Shown here: one piece after another, positions 7,600 through 15,520 of the stretch
Position numbering within the stretch: position 1 is the first letter of the stretch
How the letters are laid out: the number at the start of each line of letters is the position of its first letter
Source of the DNA: Candidatus Caldarchaeales archaeon
Lineage (GTDB): Archaea > Thermoproteota > Nitrososphaeria_A > Caldarchaeales > Calditenuaceae
NCBI GenBank assembly: GCA_032249095.1
Contig: JAVVGN010000039.1
Location: 1 to 17,991, forward strand
Direction of reading: 5' to 3'
DNA: 17,991 bases
Position numbers and translations under genes: made by a program
Notes under the pieces: generated by a model
Database searches by the model: none
Seen by the model: only the letters and a program-made list of their open reading frames with translations
Told to the model about the DNA's origin: nothing

Positions 7600-9744
7600 A
7601 TGCGGATCGAGGAGACGGGCCTATCGCCCTGGCTCGTGGAAGCCCTCAGAACCCGCGGGGTCGAGACCCTCTACCCGCCCCAGGCAGAGTCATTAAAGAG
7701 GGGGCTGCTGGAGGGGCGGAACCTGGTCGTCTCTTCGCCAACCGCGTCGGGGAAGACCCTGATCGCGGTCATGGCGGCGGAGCGTGTCCTCGCGGCCGGT
7801 AAGAAGGTTCTCTATCTGACTCCTCTCAGGGCGCTGACCTCGGAGAAGGCGGAGGAGTTCAGGTCGATCTTCGGCGAGATGGGTCCCGGATACAGGGTGA
7901 TTGCTGTCTCCGGGGACTATGACGATCCGGGGGAATGGATAGGCTCCAGGGACGTGGTGGTCGCAACCTACGAGAAGGCTGACAGCCTTGTTAGGCATAG
8001 GGCGCGCTGGCTTTCCAGCGTGGGGCTAGTCGTGGTGGACGAGATACACATGCTCGGAGACAGGGAGAGGGGACCAACATTAGAGATGACCATCGCCAAG
8101 CTCCTAGAGACCATAGAGACCCCGCAGATACTCGGCCTCAGCGCCACAATCCCCAACGTTAAGGAGATCGCCGAGTGGCTCGAGGCCTCACCCATAGTAA
8201 GCGACTTCAGGCCCGTACCCCTGAAGGAGGGGGTTGGGCGTGGCGGGCGGATAGTCTTCTCAGACGGCTCTACGTGGAGACTGAGATCCTCGGGAGACCT
8301 GCTGAGCGCTGTTGTCGGTGAGGGTTTGATGGATGGTGGGCAGGTCCTAGTCTTCGCGTTGACGAGGAGGAAGGCGGAGAAGCTGGCAGAGGGGCTCACA
8401 GGGGTCGTCCGGGCCTCCGGAGCCCTCAAGGGGTCGGACTTGGAGGTGCTTAGGGAGTATGCTCTGAGGATCAGGGAGAGTGAGAGGGAGTCGCCCTTCG
8501 CTGAGCGGCTCGCGCAACTCGTCGAGCAGGGGTCCTCCTTCCACCACGCCGGGCTTGGACACCTACACAGAACCTTGATAGTCGAGGCCTTTAAGGAGAG
8601 GGTCCTCCCCCTGATCTGCGCCACACCCACACTAGCAGCCGGCGTGAACCTGCCTGCAAGGATGGTCGTGATACCGGAGCTCAGGAGATTCAGCTCGAGG
8701 CTAGGCTCTTCGACCCTCTCCGTCACCGAGTATAAGCAGTTCTGCGGCAGGGCTGGGCGGCCGATGTACGACGAGGTGGGATACTCCATCTTACTAGCCA
8801 ACTCAAAGGCGGAGGAGGAATACCTGCTCGAGCGGTACATCAGGGGTGAGCCTGAGCGGGTCTACTCGGCCCTCGGAAACGAGAGGCACCTCAGGAGCCA
8901 CATACTCTCACTCATAGCTTCAGGCCTCGCGTCATCGGAGCTGGGCCTCAGGAGAATCATCAACAGGACCTTCTACGTCCAAGTATTCGGAGCCAAGAGT
9001 CTCGATAGGAGCATAGCGCTAAGCCTCGAGATGCTCGAGCACTACTTGATGATAAGCCGCGAAGACGGCCTCCAAGCGACGAGGCTGGGACACAGGGTCT
9101 CTGAACTCTACATCGACCCCCTGACCGCCGTGCGGATAGTGAAGATGACTGAGGGGCTAGAGAGTCTCTCCCCCCTGGCCGCTCTCCAGATAATATGCTC
9201 CACCCCCGACATGAGTGACGTCTACGCCGCGAGGCTTCGCCTCTCCAGCCTCAGAAGATTAGTCGAGGAGATAGGTGAGGAGATGTTGTTAAGGCCTCCG
9301 AGCAGGGAGGAGGATCCTGAGGAGTACGAGCTGTACTTGGAGGGTCTGAAAAACGCCTTGGTACTCTGGAGCTGGGTGGAGGAGGTGCCCGAGAAGGAAA
9401 TCTACGAGAGATTTATCGTCGAGCCCGGCGACTTTGCCGCACTGCGGGAGAGGGCTGAATGGATCTCGTATTCAGCCTCAAACGTATTAGAGTTGGTGGG
9501 GAGGAAAAGCGTCTCGAGACTTTACAGCGTCCTGACTGAGCGGCTGAGGCACGGGGTCAGGGAGGAGCTGCTGCCACTTGTCAAACTTCCCGACATTGGG
9601 AGGGTCCGGGGCAGAAATCTTTGGAGGGAGGGGATCAGGTCCGTGGAGGATGTGAGACAGGCCAGCTTGGAGCAGCTCGCGAGGGTGCCTGGGATCGGGC
9701 AAACCATAGCGGCCAAGATCAAGAGAGCCGTGGAGGAGCTATAG
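7600..9744 (+). CDS. hel308: Hel308/Hjm (Ski2-like) superfamily-2 DNA helicase
   Basis: Motif I SSPTASGKT, motif II VVDEIH, motif III SAT, HHAGL, motif V TPTLAAGVNLPA, motif VI QFCGRAGR. C-terminal helix-hairpin-helix domain (LPDIGRVRG...LARVPGIGQTIAAKI). Starts 6 nt after the mcm stop. Confidence 0.93.
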   Translation: MRIEETGLSPWLVEALRTRGVETLYPPQAESLKRGLLEGRNLVVSSPTASGKTLIAVMAAERVLAAGKKVLYLTPLRALTSEKAEEFRSIFGEMGPGYRVIAVSGDYDDPGEWIGSRDVVVATYEKADSLVRHRARWLSSVGLVVVDEIHMLGDRERGPTLEMTIAKLLETIETPQILGLSATIPNVKEIAEWLEASPIVSDFRPVPLKEGVGRGGRIVFSDGSTWRLRSSGDLLSAVVGEGLMDGGQVLVFALTRRKAEKLAEGLTGVVRASGALKGSDLEVLREYALRIRESERESPFAERLAQLVEQGSSFHHAGLGHLHRTLIVEAFKERVLPLICATPTLAAGVNLPARMVVIPELRRFSSRLGSSTLSVTEYKQFCGRAGRPMYDEVGYSILLANSKAEEEYLLERYIRGEPERVYSALGNERHLRSHILSLIASGLASSELGLRRIINRTFYVQVFGAKSLDRSIALSLEMLEHYLMISREDGLQATRLGHRVSELYIDPLTAVRIVKMTEGLESLSPLAALQIICSTPDMSDVYAARLRLSSLRRLVEEIGEEMLLRPPSREEDPEEYELYLEGLKNALVLWSWVEEVPEKEIYERFIVEPGDFAALRERAEWISYSASNVLELVGRKSVSRLYSVLTERLRHGVREELLPLVKLPDIGRVRGRNLWREGIRSVEDVRQASLEQLARVPGIGQTIAAKIKRAVEEL

Positions 9745-10668
9745 CCTGAGCCCCTCAAGGAGCCTGACACCGATCGCCGCCGCCAGGATGTCGGCGGAGG
9801 ACCCAGGCCTCGCGTCAATCCTCCTCAAGTAGTCGTCGAGCTCGCGTAGATATCTAAGGCCGCGTCGGGTCAGAACCCCGCCCTCCGAGAGAACGTCTGA
9901 AGCAAGCTTCTGAGTAATGCGCGCCACATGGATCCCTCTCCTCCTCGCTATATGCGTGTCTGGCCTCCTAGACATGACCTCTAGCAGGGCGTTTACGCAA
10001 GCCTCCTCAAACCGGTCCACATCTCTCTCCCAACGCGTGAGGCTGGGGTGACAGACCTCAAATACCAGGGGATAACCCTGGGCAAGCTCGTCCGCCACCA
10101 TGTCCCTCCCCAAATAACACCTAAACACCTCTACAAGCCCCGCCCTCCTCTGCCTCAAGAGCCTGTAGGTCCTTGGATCTTTCACGTCGAGGAAGGGTAC
10201 TCGGCCGAGCCCTCCGGGGCTCGAGAATCGTATCGCCTCGAGGACATGGGTTGCGTCGCGCCAGTCCATATCAAGCAGTATCCGCCATGCAATCCTCCTT
10301 AGATCGTGGGCTATGACTGGGCGATTGCCCAGCCGCCCGGCTGCCGCGGCGAGAGGGATTGCCAGAAGAATTGCACCTAGGTGGGCATTTCCCCCTCTCT
10401 GAGAATTGAGGGAGGCCTCGGCTCCGCGAAGGACCAGACGCCCCAGCGCCCCCCTCGCCCTCCCCAGTCTACCCAAACGCGCGGCAGAGGCAAAGTAAGG
10501 GTAGAGCGCCGCGGCGCTGGCGGAAAGCCTGAAGATGTCGATCTCCTTGAGGGGGGTCACTCTGTCCACTAGCCCCGGCTTTGGGTGGGCTGCAACCTCG
10601 AGGAGCAGTGCGGTGGTGAAGCACCAGGCAACCTTGGAGTCGGACTCTCTGGTCAGCCCTTCCCACAC
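9739..10668 (-). CDS. citG: CitG-family (triphosphoribosyl-dephospho-CoA synthase-like) protein
   Basis: Signature HPKPGLVDR (KPGLVD) near the N-terminus and GGNAHLGAILLAIPLAAAAG. GTG start lies 3 nt after the stop of the upstream methyltransferase gene (TAAGGAGTG), suggesting translational coupling. Confidence 0.8.
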   Translation of the reverse strand: MWEGLTRESDSKVAWCFTTALLLEVAAHPKPGLVDRVTPLKEIDIFRLSASAAALYPYFASAARLGRLGRARGALGRLVLRGAEASLNSQRGGNAHLGAILLAIPLAAAAGRLGNRPVIAHDLRRIAWRILLDMDWRDATHVLEAIRFSSPGGLGRVPFLDVKDPRTYRLLRQRRAGLVEVFRCYLGRDMVADELAQGYPLVFEVCHPSLTRWERDVDRFEEACVNALLEVMSRRPDTHIARRRGIHVARITQKLASDVLSEGGVLTRRGLRYLRELDDYLRRIDARPGSSADILAAAIGVRLLEGLRL

Positions 10669-10671
10669 TCC

Positions 10672-11574
10672 TTAAGCCCTCTTACGCCTAGCTACGACCG
10701 TCTCATGCTCCCTAACGAACCTCGCAACGAACCCCACTGACTCAAGCCTCTCGACAACACCTCTGTACAGTCTTACTCCTCGAGCCCTCCCCCCGGGGCT
10801 CCCCACATAATGAACAAGGACCCCGTTGGGCGTCATGACTCTAGCCAGCTCCGCATAGAACTCCCTTGAATAGAGCTCGCCAGCGAGGGCGAAGCGCGGG
10901 GGGTCGTGTATCACCACTTGGAAGAAGCTGTCCGGGAGCCCGCCTATAACCTCAGCGACGTCTCCCAGAACAACACGTACCTGCTCAGACTCTAGCGCGC
11001 GGGACCAGGGATTCTGCTCAGCGATCTGGATAACGCTTGGAGACCTCTCCACGGTAAGGATTGAGGCCGCGCCTCGCCTCAAGGCCCAGATGGCGGTGTA
11101 CCCGAGACCCATGCAGGTATCCAAGACCCTAGCACCCGCTAAGGCGCCCCCCGCTAGCCTCACCTTAGCAAGCGCATCCAGCTCAGGGAACGTACCCTTC
11201 ACCCTATGCATGTGGATCCCATTAATCTCCAAGGTAGGCGCATGCCACCTAGACGTGCGGACAAGCTTATAGAACGCGTCGCTCCAGGCCTCGATCTTTG
11301 TCAACCCATCGTCCAAGACTGCGTAGACTGACCTGTCATCCTCCGCTACCTCCTCTAGGACCGACAGCTCCAGTGTGGCTCGGCCAACCACGGCTACAGA
11401 GCCCTCGATCCTTACCTTGGTGATGGAGAGCCCAGCGTCAAGGCTGGTCACGACCTCGCCGAGCCCGCGCCTGGCCGCCTCGACTATGTCTCGCGCGTAG
11501 TCGCAGGTAAGTACGGGTAGCCCCTTGAAGCGGTAGGGATGGGCCCCCGGCACCGTCGGCTCCCTAAAGACCAT
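10672..11574 (-). CDS. Class I SAM-dependent methyltransferase with a D-P-P-[RF] amino-group methyltransferase motif and a roughly 130-aa N-terminal extra domain
   Basis: Motif I VLDTCMGLGYTA, acidic loop TVERSP, motif IV VIHDPPRF (cf. DPPY/DPPF/NPPY of N-methyltransferases such as RsmD/Trm11/HemK). Resembles the archaeal predicted-methyltransferase family I recall as COG2521. A GAGGTG lies 8-13 nt upstream of ATG 11574. Confidence 0.8.
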   Translation of the reverse strand: MVFREPTVPGAHPYRFKGLPVLTCDYARDIVEAARRGLGEVVTSLDAGLSITKVRIEGSVAVVGRATLELSVLEEVAEDDRSVYAVLDDGLTKIEAWSDAFYKLVRTSRWHAPTLEINGIHMHRVKGTFPELDALAKVRLAGGALAGARVLDTCMGLGYTAIWALRRGAASILTVERSPSVIQIAEQNPWSRALESEQVRVVLGDVAEVIGGLPDSFFQVVIHDPPRFALAGELYSREFYAELARVMTPNGVLVHYVGSPGGRARGVRLYRGVVERLESVGFVARFVREHETVVARRKRA

Positions 11575-11632
11575 ACATACCCCACCTCATCTGTATGCGG
11601 GGAATCCGATAGCTCTTCTGCAGGCTCGGTGT

Positions 11633-11645
11633 AAAGACTTTTTTA
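11633..11645 (+). promoter_or_regulatory. TATA box (AAAGACTTTTTTA) for the HTH regulator gene
   Basis: Centre is about 30 nt upstream of ATG 11670. Confidence 0.45.
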
Positions 11646-11669
11646 CAGCCCCACCACCCTAAAGGGGGT

Positions 11670-12386
11670 ATGGAGAAGCCTGAGGAAGCCTTTCCAAGAA
11701 TTAGGGCGCTTCTTGCCCACAAGCTGGTCAAGAAATACGGTCTAAAGAAGAGTCTAGTTGCACGTGTAATGGCTGTGAGTCCGTCGGCCGTCACACAGTA
11801 CCTCGCGGGCCGGAGGGGCGGGCGCCAGGGCGACGCCAAGCTGGTGGAGGAGATTGAGAGCCTCGCGGCGCGTGTCGCGAGAAAGATTGAGCTAGGCCTC
11901 GTAGAGGCGGCCGCCTCGGAGGTCCAGGCCTATTTGAACCAGCTTATCTCGCCCAAGCCAGCCCAGCCCCAGCAAATAGATGGGTCGGGCCTTGAAGAGA
12001 TCATAAACTCGCTCCGCTCCCGGATGGAGTTGGAGGAAGAGGCAGCCCGCAAATCTCTGGAGCTCTCTAGCCGGGCCACCTCACCTCTAGCAAAGCTTCT
12101 GCTGAAGCAGATGGCGGTCGACAGCCTTAGACACGCAGACATAATCAACATGGTTATTGTTGCTCTTCGCAGCGGTGGTGACACAAGCATCAATGCCTCG
12201 GACGCAACTCTGATATCACAGATGTCCATATTCGAGAGCCTATCAGAGGCGCAGAAGCTCTCTGAGACGCCGATAGCCTCCTTAAGCCCGGCAATCAGGG
12301 CCCTCCTACTCTCAATCGACATGGATGAGGAAAAGCACGAGAAGCTCTTGAAAATCGCTCTCAGTGGCCAGCCGGCGGAACCTTAG
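11670..12386 (+). CDS. Putative transcriptional regulator: N-terminal helix-turn-helix fused to a helical, ferritin/rubrerythrin-like C-terminal domain
   Basis: HTH-like segment LKKSLVARVMAVSPSAVTQYLAGRRG. The C-terminal half is predicted helical, with spaced acidic/His motifs (MELEEEAARK; VDSLRHADI; FESLSEAQK; DMDEEKHEKLL containing ExxH). Confidence 0.6.
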   Translation: MEKPEEAFPRIRALLAHKLVKKYGLKKSLVARVMAVSPSAVTQYLAGRRGGRQGDAKLVEEIESLAARVARKIELGLVEAAASEVQAYLNQLISPKPAQPQQIDGSGLEEIINSLRSRMELEEEAARKSLELSSRATSPLAKLLLKQMAVDSLRHADIINMVIVALRSGGDTSINASDATLISQMSIFESLSEAQKLSETPIASLSPAIRALLLSIDMDEEKHEKLLKIALSGQPAEP

Positions 12387-12396
12387 GCATAACGAT

Positions 12397-12410
12397 TAAC
12401 TAATTATATC
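12397..12410 (+). promoter_or_regulatory. TATA box (TAACTAATTATATC) for the HIT gene
   Basis: Centre is about 27 nt upstream of TTG 12433. Confidence 0.45.
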
Positions 12411-12432
12411 GCTAAGTGTATCGTCTCTTAGA

Positions 12433-12942
12433 TTGGACAGACTGTGGTCTCCCTGGAGGATGGAGTATATACAGAAGGCGGGCGGAAAGGGGTGCATCTT
12501 CTGCGAAAAACCTAAGGAGAGGAGGGACAAGTCAAACCTAATCTTGGCTAGGAGCAGGTACTGCTTCATGATGCTTAACCTCTATCCCTACAACTCGGGC
12601 CACCTGATGATAGCCCCCTACAGACACGTGGGAGAAATCCAGAGACTCAGCGAGGCTGAGGCCCTGGACATGTTTAGACTCTTGCGCGCGGCCGTTGAGG
12701 CTCTGTCAAAGTCCTACTCCCCATCCGGATACAACATCGGGCTAAACATCGGCAGGGCTTCAGGTGCAGGTATTCCCGGCCACATACATCTCCACATAGT
12801 CCCAAGATGGGTGGGCGATACAAACTTCATGCCTGTCACGGCGGACACGAAGGTTATTCCAGAGTCCCTGGAGAGCAGCTATAACAGAATATTCGCGGCG
12901 CTGCCGGAGGCGTTGAGGATGAGCGTTAGATCCGAGGGCTGA
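12433..12942 (+). CDS. HIT (histidine triad) family nucleotide hydrolase/transferase
   Basis: Histidine triad GHIHLHIVPRW (HxHxHxx). N-terminal LWSPWRMEYI and CIFC motifs typical of one HIT subfamily. TTG is the only in-frame start upstream of the conserved N-terminus; an in-frame TAA lies at 12397-12399. Confidence 0.85.
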   Translation: MDRLWSPWRMEYIQKAGGKGCIFCEKPKERRDKSNLILARSRYCFMMLNLYPYNSGHLMIAPYRHVGEIQRLSEAEALDMFRLLRAAVEALSKSYSPSGYNIGLNIGRASGAGIPGHIHLHIVPRWVGDTNFMPVTADTKVIPESLESSYNRIFAALPEALRMSVRSEG

Positions 12943-14008
12943 CTAATCCTAAGGAACCCTCCCCGCAACTATACTGCCCCTCCTCATTTCCTTGCACCTC
13001 CATGTGTTCAAACTTCGCGAGCCTCTCTTTTAGCTGGAGATAGTAGGGGGAGTTGGGATTTGCGAGAAGCACGACCCTGCTAGGCTCGTCGCGCGCAGCC
13101 TTGACAAGGCCGGTCAGCTCCATAAGCCTCTCCGCAAAACTCTCCAAGTCTTCCATGCTAGGCATATGCCACTTGGTTAGCCTCTTCTGAGACTCCCCGA
13201 CATGTACGTACCCTTTGCACTCCACGAAGTCCGGTCGCGCCCTCTCTATCGCCTTGGCGTACTTCTCGGGGTCCTTCATGTTGAGCCCCTTGACGAGTGT
13301 AAGCCTTATGACCTTCCTGCTCCTGAAGCGTGGCATGATCTCGAGGCTCCTCCACACCCTCTCCCAGCTGTCGGGTATTAGGGGCACATTGACTCTGACG
13401 TGGGTCTCCTTGTCGGGGCCGTAGAAGCTAATGTAGAGGTTTGTGGGCTCCGCCCCCTTTTCGAGGAGCTCCTCAAGCTTCTCGGGCATGGTGCCGTTAG
13501 TGACGAGAAATGTTGTCATCCCCCTAGCGTGGGCCAGCTTGATGAGCTCGGCGAGGTATGGATATATTGTTGGCTCCCCGTCGAGGCTTATAGCCATGTT
13601 TGTGGGGATAAGGGCCTCCTCAAATTTCTCCCTACTAACCCTTGGATTTCCCTTGAACCCTGAGAGGAGTTGGCGCTGCTGCATTATCATCTCGTCTAGA
13701 ATCTTCTCCGGCGGGTCCCAATCACCCTCGTAAGGCCTAGTTCTATTGATTGTGTGGAATCTCCAGCAGAATACGCATGCCATGTTGCAGTACTGGAGGG
13801 CTGGCGTCATCTGGAGACACCTGTGACTCTCGACACCGTACCAAGACTTGTAGCATAATTTTCCGCCGCGGAGGGCGGATTTTGTCCAATGACATATCTT
13901 GACGGCGCTGTGCCTGCCAACTAGCCTATAGCCACTCCTGAGGAACTTCTCCGCTCCCTCAATCCTGTCCCTACGCTTCAGGGCGATGATGGGGGTCGTC
14001 TTGTTCAT
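12926..14008 (-). CDS. taw1: tRNA 4-demethylwyosine synthase Taw1/TYW1 (radical SAM)
   Basis: Radical-SAM CNMACVFC (Cx3Cx2C) preceded by the Cys-rich segment KICHWTKSALRGGKLCYKSWYGVESHRC typical of the auxiliary cluster of TYW1/Taw1. Start placed at ATG 14008 (MNKTTPIIALKRR...), not at the ORF-track start 14203, which would overlap the aspartate kinase gene and promoter. Confidence 0.85.
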   Translation of the reverse strand: MNKTTPIIALKRRDRIEGAEKFLRSGYRLVGRHSAVKICHWTKSALRGGKLCYKSWYGVESHRCLQMTPALQYCNMACVFCWRFHTINRTRPYEGDWDPPEKILDEMIMQQRQLLSGFKGNPRVSREKFEEALIPTNMAISLDGEPTIYPYLAELIKLAHARGMTTFLVTNGTMPEKLEELLEKGAEPTNLYISFYGPDKETHVRVNVPLIPDSWERVWRSLEIMPRFRSRKVIRLTLVKGLNMKDPEKYAKAIERARPDFVECKGYVHVGESQKRLTKWHMPSMEDLESFAERLMELTGLVKAARDEPSRVVLLANPNSPYYLQLKERLAKFEHMEVQGNEEGQYSCGEGSLGLVSPRI

Positions 14009-14033
14009 GCGTCTATGATAACAATGGTGGCGT

Positions 14034-14045
14034 GGATATAAGTTT
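14034..14045 (-). promoter_or_regulatory. TATA box (minus strand AAACTTATATCC) for taw1
   Basis: Centre is about 31 nt upstream of the minus-strand ATG at 14008. Confidence 0.4.
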
Positions 14046-14074
14046 GGAGGCAGGCCTGGGCTTCGGAGGCTCAG

Positions 14075-14083
14075 GTATATAGC
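14075..14083 (+). promoter_or_regulatory. TATA box (GTATATAGC) for the aspartate kinase gene
   Basis: Centre is about 27 nt upstream of ATG 14105. Confidence 0.45.
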
Positions 14084-14104
14084 TGGGCTCCTTTTCAGAC
14101 AAAA

Positions 14105-15520
14105 ATGCAGGAAATCATAGAGTTGAGGCTCGTATTCAAGTTCGGTGGAACATCGCTCGCCGGGCCCGATAGGATCAGGAACGCCTGCAGCCTCGTGAAG
14201 CATTATAGCATGCTCGGCAACAGGTTAGTGGTTGTCTGCTCAGCGATGGGGGACACGACAGACCACTTGTTTGCACTTCTCTCGGCTGCTGAGGAAGGAC
14301 GGAGAGATGAGATGGACGCCATTCTTACGCAGCTAGAGTCTGACCACCTTGAGGCTACTCGTGGCGCCGTTGATGATGGTGAGCTTAGAAGGGCTGCGGA
14401 GGATAGGGTCCGGGCGATGCTGCTCGACCTTCGCCACATAATCTCCGGCATATATTTCCTGAGGGAATCCACTCCAAAGAGTCGAGACCTTATCCTCTCA
14501 TTCGGGGAACGGCTCTCGACGTGGATCTTCACCTGCTCTCTAAGAAGCATGGGGGTGGGCGCCGAGTATTTCGAGGGCGGGGACGCAGGGATTGTCACGG
14601 ATAGTGAGTTCGGATACGCAACCCCGCTCTTCGAGCAGTGCTTGACGCTTGTTAGGGAGCGGCTAGAGCCGGTCCTCAGTAGGGGGTCCGTGGCGGTGGT
14701 GACCGGATTTATCGGCCGGACACCAGACGGCGCGATTACGACGCTGGGGAGGGGTGGGTCCGACCTCACAGCAACCCTTCTGGGATGGGGGCTGGGGGCG
14801 GACGAGGTTTGGCTCTGGACGGATGTAGATGGGCTCATGACGACTGATCCTAGGATACTGAAGACCGCAAAGGTTATCCCCCAACTCTCCTACGACGAGG
14901 CGATCGAGATGGCGGTCTTCGGGGCTAAGGGTCTCCACCCAAGGGCTCTCGAGGCATCATATTACGGCGGAATCCGGGTCAGAATAAAAAACACCTTCAA
15001 CCCCTCGGCTCCTGGAACACTCATCACGAGCTCCTCGATCAATACTGGCACCCTTGTGAAGGCGGTGCTCCTCTTGCGCGATGTGGCCATGATAACGGTT
15101 AAGGGGGCGACGGCTGTGGGCCGCCCCGGGAGCGCGGCTAGGATACTCCAGAGTCTGGCTAACGCGGGGATAAACATCGTGATGATCTCTCAGAGCGCCT
15201 CCGAGTCGAGTATATCCCTCATCGTTGCGAGGAGGCTGGCCGACAGGGCTGTTGAGGCCATAAAGAGGTCCACAGACGCGGGGATGGTCCAGAAGATTGA
15301 GTGTGAGAAAGATGTGGCGGTTGTCGCAGTCGTCGGTGAGGGCATGAAGGGGACCCCGGGCGTGGCCAGCAGGGTATTCGGAGCAGTTGCAAAGCGGGGG
15401 ATAAACGTCAGGATGATAGCGCAGGGAAGCTCCGAACTCAACATCTCCTTCGTCGTGAAGGAGAGCGACGGGGTCGAGGCGGTTAAGGCGATACACGAGG
15501 ACTATGGGCTGGGAGCTTAG
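14105..15520 (+). CDS. ask: Aspartate kinase (aspartokinase) with C-terminal ACT regulatory repeats
   Basis: N-terminal KFGGTSLAG kinase motif, central GRGGSDLTA, and two ACT-like repeats (VAMITVKGA...GINIVMISQSASESSISLIV and VAVVAVVGEGM...GINVRMIAQGSSELNISFVV). Confidence 0.93.
   Translation: MQEIIELRLVFKFGGTSLAGPDRIRNACSLVKHYSMLGNRLVVVCSAMGDTTDHLFALLSAAEEGRRDEMDAILTQLESDHLEATRGAVDDGELRRAAEDRVRAMLLDLRHIISGIYFLRESTPKSRDLILSFGERLSTWIFTCSLRSMGVGAEYFEGGDAGIVTDSEFGYATPLFEQCLTLVRERLEPVLSRGSVAVVTGFIGRTPDGAITTLGRGGSDLTATLLGWGLGADEVWLWTDVDGLMTTDPRILKTAKVIPQLSYDEAIEMAVFGAKGLHPRALEASYYGGIRVRIKNTFNPSAPGTLITSSSINTGTLVKAVLLLRDVAMITVKGATAVGRPGSAARILQSLANAGINIVMISQSASESSISLIVARRLADRAVEAIKRSTDAGMVQKIECEKDVAVVAVVGEGMKGTPGVASRVFGAVAKRGINVRMIAQGSSELNISFVVKESDGVEAVKAIHEDYGLGA

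Noticed and set aside
7693-8840. Long antisense ORFs inside hel308 (7968-8840, 290 aa; 7693-7998; 8347-8562).
   Set aside because: They have Ser/Pro/Arg-rich, low-complexity translations typical of shadow ORFs opposite GC-rich genes. The plus strand carries an unambiguous helicase.
14009-14203. 65-aa N-terminal extension of the taw1 ORF as given in the ORF track (start 14203).
   Set aside because: It would run through the divergent promoter region and 99 nt into the aspartate kinase gene. It is Pro/Arg/His-rich with no Taw1 similarity. ATG 14008 has a TATA-like box about 31 nt upstream.
14203-15496. Antisense ORFs inside the aspartate kinase gene (14203-14838, 14663-14938, 14957-15496, 14962-15177, 15190-15444).
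   Set aside because: Same shadow-ORF composition, no motifs, and fully contained in a confidently called gene.
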